Source: Prorocentrum cordatum (Eukaryota). Taken from it: a stretch of DNA of 64,000 nucleotides. Of this stretch, positions 10,279-23,222 are shown in pieces. Below the pieces are notes generated by a model. That model saw nothing but the letters and a program-made list of their open reading frames with translations, ran no database searches and was not told the DNA's origin. The number at the start of each line of letters is the position of its first letter. Within the stretch, counting starts at the first letter, position 1. Where the stretch lies: assembly GCA_963575745.1 (NCBI GenBank), contig CAUYUJ010000164.1:1-64000 (forward strand). Reading direction: 5' to 3'. The translations under genes were made by a program, and so were the position numbers.

Positions 10279-12788
10279 TTCGCCCGGCCCGACAGTTGAG
10301 AGGGCCCTGGGACACACAAAGAAATAGAGATACAACTAAGAGGAAAACCTGGGCATAGTGGCGGGAAGGCTGTTCGATAGAGAAGAGACGACATGCAACG
10401 AAGGATCGGGAATCCAGAGGGCGAGGCTCGGGCCTGAATGTCTCACCAGAATTCTTTCTGCCGTACTCCGATAGGCACCCCGACAACAAACGAATCAGAC
10501 GCACGTCGCTCACTTGGGGTCCGCGGCAGAGGCGGCAACCTTTAAAATAAATAGATACAACTATCAGGATTCTTCACATCTTCCGACATTTTCTGGGTTT
10601 TTGTCTTCCCCCCCCCACTTCCCATGTTTTCCCACATTCTCCTGGGAAGTCGACGATCCATTGTGTCTGTGTGTGTTTTCCCCCTCCTGAACAGTCACCG
10701 CGCCACAAGGAGGGACGCCCATGATGGGGAAACGAGCTCTCTATACACCGACGCTTTTTGCCCGACCCTGCGCCGAAATCCGCACAGTGACGCGGATCCT
10801 GGTGCTTACGGGATCCCGGTGTGTACATGCTTCGCTGCTTCCCGTGGAAAACGGGGGCAAGGTATACACCACACCACCCCGACGTCGTCCCCGACCCTCA
10901 AAAATGCTTGGGATTGAAAAAAAAAAAAAAAAAAAAAAAAAAAAACGACCCGCCACTGGTAGTGTAGATGTTCCAGCTCCCGACGATACAGAGGGACGAA
11001 GCGACTCGTCTGGCCGCGGCGAGCTCCGGCCGCGCGCAGCTTCCCCGGCCTGGGCCCCGACAGCGGCCCGAGAGCCCGAGCCCCTCGCGAACCTGAAGCG
11101 TGGGCTCTTACGGAGGAGGAGGAGGAGGAGGAGGAGGAGGAGGAGGAGGAGGAGGAGGAGGAGCGCCCTGACTGCAGGGCACATCGCACGCGCCGTCGCG
11201 CCCCCTGGGATGGCGAGGTTTAGTTCGAGTCTGGGTAAGACGTCACTCCGCTGGACCCTCCGGCAGCCCTCGAACATGGCGACCACTTCGCAGATCGCAG
11301 CCCCCCCCCAGGGATGGCGAGGTCTCGATTGAGCCCGCGTAAGACGTCACTCCGTTGGACCCCCGAAGCGCGGGCTGTCACATCAGCGCCCTGACTGCAG
11401 GACACATCGCTCGCGCCGTCGCGACCCCTTCCACCCGACGCTGCGAGGCAATTGCAACAGGGCCCTGTTTGTTACCGGTTCCGTCTTGCCGTTTCTCTTT
11501 GCCGGTTCCGCCGCCGTTGTTTTAGCGGTTCCGTCGCCGTTCTTTGGCCGCTTCCGGCTCGGGTTCCAATCCTGGGGCCGTTTTTTTGCCGCTTCCGGTC
11601 GCCGTTTTTTTGCCGTTTCCGTTTTCAAGGGACATTTTTCTGGAAACGGTGAAAAAACGGCCCTGCCGTTTCTGGGGCCCACAAAGTGCAGGACTCATCG
11701 CACGCGCCGTCGCGACCCCTTCGACCCGACGTTGCGAAGCAATTGCGACAGGAGATCGCAAATCATCACGGCCGAACGCTCGCCCACATCTTTCTGCTGC
11801 ATCGTTCGAGCCGGCTCGATCTGTGTTGGGCCCGGGGCCCGAAACTGGGGGAGAACGCTAGGCGTGAAAAGACTGAGGCGCCCCGATCTCAGGGCTTCGG
11901 ATCCGTCGTAATACCCTGGCGGATTTTCCGGTTCAGACTTGTCTCGGACATGCACCCCGAAAGATGCGTCAACATGCGGCGGAAACTTCCGCCCCAGAAG
12001 CAGTAGGACGGATGTTTCCGCAAAGGTACGGCACGGCAGAATCAGCGACGGCAAAGTAGGGCAGAAATCGGCATCAAGAGGACCTTGGGAAGTAAGGCTG
12101 GACCTTCCGCCCCGCCTGCGGCATCGCCCGAAGCACGGCAGACCTGAAGGCGAGGCCCCACGGTCCTCGTCCTCCGCCGCGCCCCGTGGGGCGCGGACCT
12201 CTTGGATCGGCGCTGGACCCCCCCCTCCCTGGCGCGGAGCGCGCCAGGGGCGGCGCCGGAGGCGCCGCCAGGGGGGGACCCACGCCGATACGAGAGGCCC
12301 GGACGGAGCTCAAAGAAATTACGCTCGTGCCGACTGTTGCTTTTTGACCCCGGTCCTCGTCCTCCGCCGCGCCCGGTCCTCCTCCTCTCGGGCAGGCGCG
12401 AACAGGGATCAGGGATCCGTGGACCTGGCGCCGCGTCGGCGCCAGGTCCGTGCATCGGGGAAGCGGCGCCCGAAGCATGGCGCTAGTGCCGCCCGATGTG
12501 GCGACGGACCGCGCCGGTCCTGCGTGGGAACGGGACCCGCCGCGAATCCGCGCGCCTTGATCCACGTTTGCGCTTCCTTGATTTGGACGCCCGCAATGGG
12601 TACGGACAAAACTGGGCGCAATGCCCAACAACCAATGTCGTCCCAAACCAACAGCGGCCGCTGTTGGGCAGGCGGCCTCCTGTCTCAAATGTGCACAGGC
12701 CGCGGCGACACCGACAGCGAGAGTCCTGCTCAAAATGAGCAAGCAATGCATGCTGTTGGGCATTGTACCCATTCTGTCCGTACCCATT

Positions 12789-12991
12789 CCCAGACCCCCT
12801 CGCACTGTGAAAAAATCACGACGGGAGGATTGTCGCTATTTTCGGCCTCCGAGACCCTTACCGGCCTCCGAGACCCTTACCGGGCCTCGGGACCGTCAGA
12901 AAACGACTCAGGACGAAAAACCGGTCCCGGGGCATGGGTCGGGACCTCTGGGGGTCGCGTCATGAACAAATCATGACGTCGGGGGTCTGGG
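12789..12991 (+). mobile_element. CCCAGACCCCC-TIR MITE (~185-bp family), copy with small internal duplication
   Basis: Starts CCCAGACCCCC, ends GGGGGTCTGGG, shares internal sequence with other copies; TSD not preserved. Confidence 0.8.
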
Positions 12992-13249
12992 AATTTCGGG
13001 CGCCCAGACCTGATCCTCCGCCGCTGCGAGGCCGCCCGCAGCCCGGCGGATCCGCGGCCCCCGCCGCCCCCGCTGGGGCGCACGGGCCGCTCGGCTCCGC
13101 CTCCTCGCACGCCGCCTCGCTCCAGGCGGCGGGGGCGGCCGCGGCCCCGCGGGCGCCCGGGCCCCCGAGCTCGCCCTGGCGCCGCCACCACGCGAGCTGG
13201 GCCACGAGGTCTGCAGCCTCCGCGGGCGGCCGCGAACGGCGGCCACAGC

Positions 13250-13310
<61 letters not shown>

Positions 13311-13782
13311 AGACGACGAAGACGACGGCGGCGGCGGCGGCGGCGGCGTCGACCGCTTCGCCGATCCAACAAGTCCGCGCAGAGCTCTGACAGTTCATGT
13401 CTGTGCACTCGTCTCTTCTTGGGTCCTCCTCCTGGAACAGGCGATCGACATGCTATCCCTGCCCCTGCCCACGCGCCGGCCCCACGAGGGCCAGAGCGGC
13501 GCCATGGATCAGCTCCTGGCCTCTGGAGCCACGTTCTTCGTCCATGCCCTGCGTCCCCTGGCTCCCAGGAGTGGGGGGCAGCAGCAGGCGTGCGGATCGA
13601 GCGCCGATCCCGGACCCCCGACGTCACGCTTTCTCCATAACTTCTATCCCACGGGGTCTCGACCCCTTCCCCTGGGGCCGATGTTTCATCCTGGGCCGTT
13701 TCTTGACTGCCTCGGGGCCTGGCGAGGGCCCCCAGAGGCCGAAGACAGCACAAAGCCTCCCGTCGGGACTGTCTGTTTACGA

Positions 13783-13942
13783 GGAAGTCGGGCCCGTCCC
13801 TCTACAGGCGGGATAGTCAAAAATAGTAACAAAAAAGTCAGGGGTTGATTTTTTTTATATTGTTTGACCATTTGGGAGTATGTTTTGAGTTTTTGTAATT
13901 GTTCGTCGAAAACCCCCCTGTAGGAGGACAGGCCCGACGTAA
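13783..13942. mobile_element. 160-bp MITE with 8-bp TSD, nested in a decayed CCCAGA MITE
   Basis: TSD GTTTACGA at 13775-13782 and 13943-13950; imperfect TIR AAGTCGGGCCCGTCCCTCTACAGG / CCTGTAGGAGGACAGGCCCGACGT; related end near 24826. Confidence 0.7.
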
Positions 13943-14929
13943 GTTTACGACCCGCGGGGGTCTGGGGTCCTCGGTCCTCCAGGCCCGGGGCCTTGCCTGG
14001 CCCACGGGACCGGGCGTTGCGAAGCGCATGCGACCTCGCGGCAAATCGCGACCAGAGCCCCAAGCCCCACCTTCCTGCGGCACCTGGCGAGCCGGATCGG
14101 CACACGTCGTACCTTTCTAGTCGTGCTCATCTCCGACGGTGCTCGTTGTAATTAACTGTTCCCGGCCCCCCAGTGGCCAGGAAGAGGCCCAGGACAGAAG
14201 AAGTAGAAATGAAAGGATCTTGGTCCCCCCCAAAAAACAAAGAACTCTCGAATCTTTTTTTTGAGACTGATGAGGCGGAGCCTCCAGTTCTCACAGTTAG
14301 CTTGCCTGAGCTGTGTCGGCACAGCACTCGGATGCCTGATGGGGCTTCTCCGAGAATGTTGGGAAATCGAGTTGACTGCAGAGCAAAAAAAAGAACTCTC
14401 GAATCGGCTACACGCAAGAGTGACCCTGGGTAAGAGTGACCTTTGGTGCGCGGCTTTTTAGGGGCCGCGGGGGAACCAAACCTGGGCGCACAAACCGCTG
14501 CTCCTGCTTCGTTTTCCGCCACCTGGGGACCCATCTGTGCCCGCACCAAAAGTCACTCCGGCGAAAGGTCACTCCTACGTCTAGTCGATCGAAAAATTCG
14601 AAATCAACCATGTGTACTTCATGGCCCCGGCCCGAAACTGAACGCCCGGCGCAGAAAGTTGCAGCGCCTGGATCTCAGAGCTGCCCTCCTCGGAGCCAGA
14701 GGCCCCCCGCCTCGCCCTCTGGTGGCTTTCGGGCCCCAAGCGCGGGCCTCCTGCGGCCGCTCGGGGCGGTTCGGGCACCCCCTGGAGCGCTCTCGCCGAG
14801 ATGCAGCCGGCGGAAGGCATCCCGAGGCTGGAGAGCCGCCGAGATCCGACGAGAGCGTCCGAGAACCTTCAGCCACGAGACTTCGAGCCAGCACCCCCCC
14901 CCGCCTAGTCCTCGACCCTGCTCAGGGAG

Positions 14930-17900
14930 GCTAAGGAAGACGAGGACGAGGAGGAGGAGGAGGAGGAGGAGGAAACGGAGGATGTGCAGGAGGAGGAGGA
15001 GGAGAAGGAGAAGGAGAAGGAGGAGGAGGAGGAGGAGGAGGAGGAGGAAGAGGAGGAGGGAGAGAGGGATGAGGGAGGAGGGAGGAGGAGGAGGACGGAG
15101 GAGGAGAATGGAGGAGGGAGGAGGAGGAGGAGGAGGAGAGGAGGAGGGGAGGAGGGAGGAGGAGAACGAGGAGGAGGACGAGGAGGAGCAGGAGCAGGAG
15201 CAGGAGAAAGGTGTTCCTCCTCCAGGCCAGGCCGCCGGCCTCGTCCTCGATCCTGCTCAGCTCGAGCTCCGGGTGCTGCCAATCGCGGGAGCCGAGCTGC
15301 GCGGGCGCGGCCGCCTCCGCGGGCGCCGGGCCGCGCGAGCGGCGCTGGGCGGGCCCGGGCGCCTGAACCTCGGGGGAGGCGGCGGGAGGTGGGCAGCGCA
15401 GCCAGAGCAAGATGGCCTCGCTCCCCCACTCCTCGCTCCTCCTCCGCCCCCTTCTCCTCCTCCTCCTCATACATCTTCCTCCCCTCCTCCTCCTCCTCCT
15501 CCTTTCCTCCTCCTCCTTCTCCTCCTTCCCCTCCATTCCTCTCCTCCTCTCCTCCTCCTCCCTCCTCCTCCTCTTCCTTTTCCTCCTCCTCCTCCAACTC
15601 CTCCAAACTACAACTCCCTCCTCCTTCCAACTCCTCCTCCGCCTCTCCCCTCTACCCCTCCCTCCTTGTTTCTTCTCCGTTTCCTTCCCCCTTCTCCTCC
15701 TCCTCCTCCTCCTCCTCCTCCTTCCTCCTCCTCCTCCTCCTCCTCCTCCTCTTCCTCCTCCTCCTCCTCCTCCTCCTCCTCCTCCTCCTCCTCCTCCTCC
15801 TCCTCCTCCTCCTCCTCCTCCTCCTCGGCGCTGCCCAGGAGCGCAACAAGTCTTGTCACGCCCACGCGTGGAGGGTGGGCGGGACCAAACGCCCAGCCCC
15901 GCGACTCCGACGCCCCGCGACACCCTCGAGCTGGGTGCCGCACCTTCCTGGCGGGGCACGAGAGGGGGAGATGGAGGACGACGAGAAGAGAAAAAAGGGA
16001 GGCGCCAGGCTCACCAAGTAGATTGCGATGAGCACCACCAACCCGCCGAAGGCGGGCGGCCCCCATGCCTCCCTGGCTCTACGAGTACCAGGGAACAAAG
16101 GTTACCCCACGTCGCCGTGCGGGGCACACGGCGCGTGTTAGCGCGCATGGGTAACCTTGCCCGCCCCCACAGACCCCCTTGCCCAAGGGGGGCCAAGCGG
16201 TACACGTCTTGAGCCGCTCCCGTAGGCCGACCCCCCCAGCAACACCCATGCCCCGCGACGTCACGGGAGGGCCAATACAGTGGCTGGGGCCTGCTCCCAC
16301 GAAAGCAGGTACCAGGACGCGGACCGGGATCCGCGCCAGCCCCGGGGGGGACCCTCGCGGCCCCAAAACGCCAGGTCCCCGAGGGGCCTGAAACGGCAGA
16401 CCCGTACCACAGCGGGACCACCGCTAGAGACCTCCTCCTCCTCCTCCTCCTCCTCCTCCTCCTCCTCCTCCTTCTCCTCCTCCTCCTCCTTCTCCTCCTC
16501 CTCCTCCTCCTCCATCTTCTACTCCTCCTCTTCCTCCTCCTCCTCCTTCTCCTCTTCCTCCTCCTCCACCTCCTCCAGGTTGTCTTCCTCGTCCTCTATC
16601 CTCCCCCTCCTCCTCCTCCTCTTCTCCTCCTCCTCCTCCTCCTCCTCCTCTTCCACCTCCTCCTCCTCCTCCTCCTCCTCCTCCTCCTCCTCCTCCTCTT
16701 CCTCCTTCTCCTCCTCCTCCTCCTCCTCCTCCCTCCTCACTCCTCCTCCTCCTCCCCTTCCTCCTCGTCTTCTCCTTCTCTCCAACCTCACTCCTCTACT
16801 CTTCTTAGTCCTCCTCCTCCTCCTCCTCCTCCTCCTCCTCCTCCTCTTCCTCTCCTCCTCCTCCCAGGTTTTCCGGAGCGCCGGGCGTCCCTCCTTCTCC
16901 TCCTCCTCCTCCTCCTCCTCCATCCTCCTCCTCCTCCTCCTCCTCCTCTTCCTTCTCCTCTTCTTCCTCCTCCTCCTCTCCTCCTCCTCCTCCTCCTCCT
17001 CCTTTCCTCCTCAGGTCGTCGCCGTCCTCCTCCTCTCCTCCCTCCTCCTCCTCCTCCTCCTCCTCCTCCTCCTCCTCCTCCTCTCTCTTCCATTCTCCCC
17101 TCCTCCTCCTCCTCCTCCTCCTCCTCCCTGCCTCCTCCTCCTCCTTCCTCCTCCTCCTCCCTCCCCTCTCTACCTCCTCCTCCCTCCCCCTTCTCGTCTT
17201 AGTCTTCCTTAACATCCTTCTCCTCCTGCTCTCCTGCTCTCTCCTCCTCCTCCTTTCCTTCTCCTCCTCCCTGCTCATCATCCTCCCTCCTCCTTCATCG
17301 TATTAGTCGTCCCTCAACCTCCTCCTCTCCTCCTCCTACCTCCTCCTGCCTCCTCCTCCTCCTCCTCCTCCTCCTCCTCCTCCTCCTCACACCACCACCA
17401 CACCACCACCACCCCAACACCACCACCACCATCTCATCAGCTGCAGCATCAGCAGCACCATCACCAGCATGCATCATCAGCATCAGCAATCAGCATCAGC
17501 CATCAGCATCAGCATCATCATCATCAATCATCATCCATCATCATCATCATCAGCATCATCATCATCATCCATCATCATCATCATCATCAGCATTATCATC
17601 ATCAGTATCAGTATCATCATCACCATCAGCATCATCATCATCATCATCCTCATCCTCATCCTCATCCTCATCCTCATCCTCATCCTCATCCTCATCCTCA
17701 TCCTCATCATCATCATCATCAGCAGCATCATCATCATCATCAGCATCAGCAGCATCTTCATCATCATCCTCAGCATCAGCCTCATCATCATCATCAACAT
17801 CATCATCAGCAGCATCATCGTCATCATCATCGTCGTCGTCCTCCGCCTCCTCCTCCTACTGCTCTGCATCCTCCCTCCTCCTTCATCGTCTTCCTCTTCC

Positions 17901-18570
17901 TTAACCTCCTCCTCCCCCCCCCCTCCTCCTCCTCCTCCTCCTCCTCCTCCTCCTCCTCCCTCCTCCTCCTCGTCCTCCTCCTCCCCTCCCTCCTCCTCCT
18001 CCTCCCTACTCCTCCTCCTCCTCCTCCTCTCCTCCTCCTCCTCTTCCTGGTTTCTTATGGTTGTCGTCGTCGTCCTCCTCCTCCTCCCCTCCTCCTCCTC
18101 CTCCTCCTCTCCTCCTCCTCCTCCTCCTCCTCCTCCCCCTCTCCTCCTCCCCCTCCTCCTCCTCGCTCCTCCTCCTCCTTCCTCCTCCTCTCCTCCTCCT
18201 CCTCCAGGTCGTCGTCGTCTTTCTAATCCTCCTCCTCCTCCTCCTCCCTCCTCTTCTCCGCCTCCTCACTCCTCCTCTTCCCTGTTCCTCCCCTCCTCCT
18301 CCTCCTCCTCCGCCTCCTCCTCCTTCCCTCATCCCTCCTCCTCCTTCCCCCTCCCTCCTCCTCCTCCTCCTCCTCCTCTTCCTCCTCCTCCTCTCCTCCT
18401 CCTCCTCCTCCTCGCCTCATCCTCATCCTCCCGCCTCCTCCATCCTCCTCCTCCTCTCCTCCTCCTCCTCCTCCTCCTCCTCCTCCCTCCTGTTGCCTCT
18501 CCTGCTCCCCTCCTCCTCCTCCCCTCCTCCTACCTCCTCCTCCTCCTCCTCCTCCTCCTCCTCCTCCGTC
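14930..18570. repeat. Field of GGA/CCT and CAT trinucleotide microsatellites
   Basis: Long imperfect (GGA)n, (CCT)n and (CAT)n runs with short unique interruptions. Confidence 0.9.
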
Positions 18571-18980
18571 CCTTCCTCCCCTCAGATCCGACGTCGCGGA
18601 AAACTGCAACTTCGCGAGAGACCGCCCTCAGGACTCTCGGCCCTCGCCCCTCGGCGGCTCCTCTCGAGCCACACGAGCCGTGAGGGCCCCGCGGGCCTGG
18701 AAGACGGGCCGAAGCGCGCTGTGGGAAGACGTACCGCGACGCCTGGATCTCAGGATATGCCCAGGCCGTATCCGGCGGACGCAACTACAGATTTAAGAAA
18801 CCTGGGTCAGCTTGTTGAATTGTCTTAAACACAAGCCTGCGCCAGCTTATTTACACTGGAGGGACGAAGGTGCTTAAGAAGCTAGGCCAGCTGCCCAGCA
18901 AGTTGGTGAAGCAACGCTGGCCCAGCTTTTCGAAAGGATGCTCGACTGTGGATGTGGACAGCCCAGGGGCGAGCACTGTA

Positions 18981-19038
<58 letters not shown>

Positions 19039-20009
19039 CCCCTGCACGTTCGGCGGCACTGGCCGTAAGGCCTTCGGAATTAGGTGTGGACAGCCCAGGG
19101 GCGGGCATTGTACTCATTCGCCGGGGAGCCTCGTTGGAGATATGGGCGATCGCAGCCACTGGATACTCTGATCTCCGACGTCGTGATTGTTGTTCGCCGC
19201 GTCGACCCCTGGAGGTCTCGACCACTTCCCTGGGACCAACTTTTCACCGTTGTTGGACTGTCCCAAGTCCTGGCGATAGGCCCCGAAGACCTGAAACCCA
19301 ACCGCCGTCATTTTTCGACGACGCGAGGACGTGCCCTGAGATCTGGCGTTGCAACAAGATCGCAAACAATTCGCGACGGGAGCGCTAGACCCCATGTTCC
19401 TGCTGCAACTTCCGAGCCCGATCGATCTGTGATGGTCCCAACGCCCGGAACTGAGCCAAAATGCCCAGGGTGAAACAATGGCAGCGCCCGGATCCCCCGC
19501 AGACCTCCCTCGTCGTGTCTTTTCAAGGCGTGGACCCCCAGCAGTCTGGACCCATTCCCGGGGACCAGGTGCTCATCCCGAGTCGTTTCTAATCGGTCCC
19601 GAGGGCTGGTGGGTGAGGGCCACGACGGGGCCGAAAACGAGCGACACGCATCTCATCATGTTGCTCCCGTATCCTAAAACGAGGCTCTTGTTACGACTCA
19701 CGCGCCGCCAGACCTTGCTCCTCCTTCTCCACCTCTTCCGCACTCAGACCCTTTTCATATCAGCTCAGACACTTATACTCAGACCCAGTCGCACTTGGAC
19801 CCACTCATACTCAGACTCACTCACACTCATCAGTACCCTCACACTCACTCACACTCAGGCTCGCTCACACTCATTTTCACTCATGATCACACTCACCCTC
19901 ATCCTTCCTCTCCCTTACTTAGGCTCACTCACTCACATCCACACTCAGGCTCGCTCTTCTTTCTCGTGTGGATATCCTCAGATCCAGAGTCACTCACACA
20001 CACACAGTC

Positions 20010-20760
20010 TAGAAGGATGTCTCAAGCGAGGCGGTGGCTTCAGCACTCCCAATGGGGAGCCGCTAGAGGGCATTTCACGGGCCCGTTCGCGCCCATATTG
20101 AAGGGATGCCTCAGGCGGTTTGCCTGTTTGCACGCCCAACATGATCTGCTTTCGGAGCAATATGTGAGGATGCTCCAAGCGAGGAGCTGGCTTCAACACC
20201 CCAGAGGGGGAACCGCCAGGGGGTAGTTCACGGGCCCGTTCGCGCCCAGATCGTGGGGATGTCTTAGGCGGTTTGCCTGCTTGCATGCTCAATCTCCTCT
20301 GCGTTCGGAGCAGATCGCAGGGATGTCTCAAGCAAAGAGCTGACTTCAACATCCCCAGGGGGAGCCGCCACGGGATATTTCAAGGGTCCGTTCGCGCCCA
20401 GTTTGTGGGAGTGTCTCAACCTGTTTGCCTGTCTGCATGCCCAAGAGCCTCTGCTTTCGCAGCCGATTGCGAGGACATCTCGGGCGAGGAGCTGGCTTCA
20501 GCACCCCCAGGGGGAGCCGCCAGGGCGCGATTCACGGGCCCGTTCGTGCCCAAGTTCTGGGAGTGTCTCACACGCTCAAACGCTTTGCCTTGATCGACGC
20601 CCCCGACTCCGATGCCTTCGGAACAGTTTGCGAGCATGGCTCAGGCCAGGCGCTGGCTTCCGCACCCCAATGGGGGAGCCGCCAGAGGGCGCTTCACGGG
20701 CCCGCTCGCGCCCCCGGCTCCCTTGCCGTCAGCGCGGTTTGTGGGGATGCCTCAGGCGAG
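20010..20760. repeat. Degenerate tandem repeat, ~153-bp unit, ~5 copies, inside an (ACTC)-rich degenerate repeat
   Basis: Recurring GGATGTCTCAAGC..GGCTTCA.CAC.CC..GGGGAGCCGCC...TTCACGGGCCCGTTCG near 20015, 20168, 20321, 20473 and 20635. Confidence 0.75.
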
Positions 20761-21482
20761 GCGCTGCCCTCACACTCAGACTCGCTCGTACTCAGACTCA
20801 GACTGAGCAAACTATCCTCAGACCCACGCGCGCGCAGACTTTCCTCACACTGAGACCCACTCGCAGTCACAAGCACCCATACTCAGCCTTCGCATGCTCG
20901 GGCCCACTCATACTCAGACTCTCTAATGTCTGAACTCACTGGCGCTCAAACTCAATCATATCCGGGCTTGCTCACACCCAGACTCACTCACACTCAGATC
21001 ACTCACGCTCAAATTCGCTCCCTCGCTCTTCTGCTTGTGCTTCCCTCATATCTCTCCTGAAAGATTCCCAGAGGAGGACGACGTCACTGAAATCGTCGCT
21101 GTCGTCGTCGCTGTGGCCTCCGTCATCTACGCAGACTCGCTCTCACACCCTGATGCTCACTGACAGAGCCTCTCAGCGCGACGCGACAGGAGCATGAGAT
21201 GCACAGATGGGGATTTCCGCGTCAAGCCATTCCATGGCTCGAGCGGGTCTGGGGCCCAAGGCAAGGGTGCATGCCTTGCTCCGCCCTGAGCTCATCGTCC
21301 GCCTCCGGTTGCTGTCGCCAGCCCCCAAAGATGAGCCTCGCCGTGCTGGCGCCCCCGGCGCAGGAACTTGTACTCCGGGCTGCCCGCGGCCGGGGCCGCT
21401 GGCCGCGGCGCCGCGGTGCCGCCCCTGCGCGCGAAGAACTCCTCGATCTCGGCCTCTCGGAGAGCCCCCCCCGAGACCCCCT

Positions 21483-21651
21483 CCCGGACCCACGACGTCA
21501 GGATTTTTGTCACAGCGTCGACCCCCAGAGCCCATGAGGTCTCGACCCACTCCTCGGGCCGGACGGTCCTGGGCCCAAGAAGGGCACCCAGAGGCCGAAA
21601 ATAGCGAAGAAACTCCAGTCGTGATTATTTCACGATCCGAGGGGGTCTGGG
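21483..21651 (-). mobile_element. CCCAGA MITE, decayed copy
   Basis: CCCGGACCCACGACGTC ... GAGGGGGTCTGGG with family-typical interior. Confidence 0.65.
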
Positions 21652-22359
21652 CCCTCAGGTCATAAACAAAATCAAGACGGACGGTTTGGGGAGAATTGCG
21701 GCCTCTGGGGGCCTTCGTCATGTCCCGGGGCCGAGGCTTGGGCGTCGCAAGCTTTTTTCGCGCCGGTCGATGTCGCCCTACACTTGTCGGGCCCCCACTC
21801 GAATAATGCAGCAGAAAGTTGTGGTCTACAGGGCTGTGGTCGAAGCTTTTTGTTTCAGAATGTTTGTTTATGTTTCTCGTGGCGTCGGATCTCTAGAGGC
21901 CTCCTAGATGGGTTCGGAGTAGCTGGGGTCAGAGAATCGCACATCATCGTCGATACATCGGCGATGCATCGGCCATGCACTGACGACGTCGGCGATGCAT
22001 CCGCGACGTTAGCGCGGGAAAACACGGGCTCCACATCGAGCCGCATCGTCGATGCATCGGCGACGCGGCGCGATCCTCCGACCTCATCTACTCCGACCCC
22101 ATCTGGGAGGCCTAGAGTCTCAGGGACATGGCGGCCGATCGAATTCGATTTGAAATGCCGCGGTCGGCGTTTCGCGGGAGCGCGCCGACCTTGGCCAAGT
22201 CCTCGTGTTCCCTGCTCCCGCCTGTACGAACAGCGTCGGCGCCCAGAATTTGGACCCGCGCGCCTGGTCCAGAGGGCTCCAACCGTGGTGTTCCGCGATG
22301 CTACATTTTTCTCGCAGCGTCGGATCTCAGGGGACCCCCGCCTCCTCTCGTCGGGCGAA

Positions 22360-22527
22360 AGGGGGGGATAGCAAAGGGGGGGTTTGAGAATCAGCTCACG
22401 TAGCTGATTTTCCCGGCGCCTCCCGGCGCCGGAGGCGGCTACGTATCGAGGAATGGGCCCCTCGGTGGGGCCGAAACCGGCTGCACGCAGCAGATTCCGT
22501 ACCCCCCCCCTTTCCCAATCCCCCCCT
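22360..22527. mobile_element. MITE-like repeat, G-rich TIR family (copy 2)
   Basis: Colinear match to 10111-10278. Confidence 0.65.
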
Positions 22528-23046
22528 TCCGTCCGCCCCGATCCTCCCGTTGTCGGCGGCGGGTTTCCGGCCACCTTCGGCCCCAAGGGGCGCTTGCCGG
22601 GCCCAGGATCGTCGAACAGAGGATCGTCGAACAGCTACTTATAGCCAGGCCCCAAGGGAAGTGGTCCTCCTCCTCCTCCTCCTCCTCCTCCTCCTCCTCC
22701 TCCTCCTCCTCCTCCTCCTCCCCCTCCTCTTCCTCCTCCTCCCTCCTCCTCCTCCTCCGCCTCCTCCTCCTCCTCCTCCTCCTCCTCCTCCTCCTCCTCT
22801 TCCTCCTCCCCCTCCTCCTCCTCCTCCTCCTCCTCTTCCCAGGCTACTGAGCCAGACCCCATTAAGGGAAGTGGTCCGGCTCTCCCGGGAGGAGGCCGCG
22901 CTGCAGCAAAGGACGGCGTCGGAAAAGAGCAAGCGAGACCACGGCGGTTCTCTCCCGCCTGGCCCAGGTTCGCGCTGGGAACCGCCCCCTAGGGACGCCT
23001 CCCGGGGCCCAGTGCTGGCTCTCGCCATCGCTCGGACGTCCTTTCC

Positions 23047-23222
23047 CCCAGACCTCCTCGCGTCGTGAACAAAATCACGACGGATGTTTTTCGCTATTTT
23101 CGGCCTCCGGGGGCCCGGCCTCGGGGCCGTCAAAAAAGTCAGGACGAAAAACCGGTCCCGGGGAATGGGTCGGGACCTCTGGGGGTCGCGTCATGAAAAA
23201 ATCATGACGTCGGGGGTCTGGG
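23047..23222 (+). mobile_element. CCCAGA MITE copy
   Basis: CCCAGACCTCCTCG ... CGTCGGGGGTCTGGG. Confidence 0.75.

Noticed and set aside
14436..18828. Many long ORFs (poly-S/P/L/E/R/G/I)
   Set aside because: Translations of stop-free GGA/CCT/CAT microsatellites, with no protein-like complexity.
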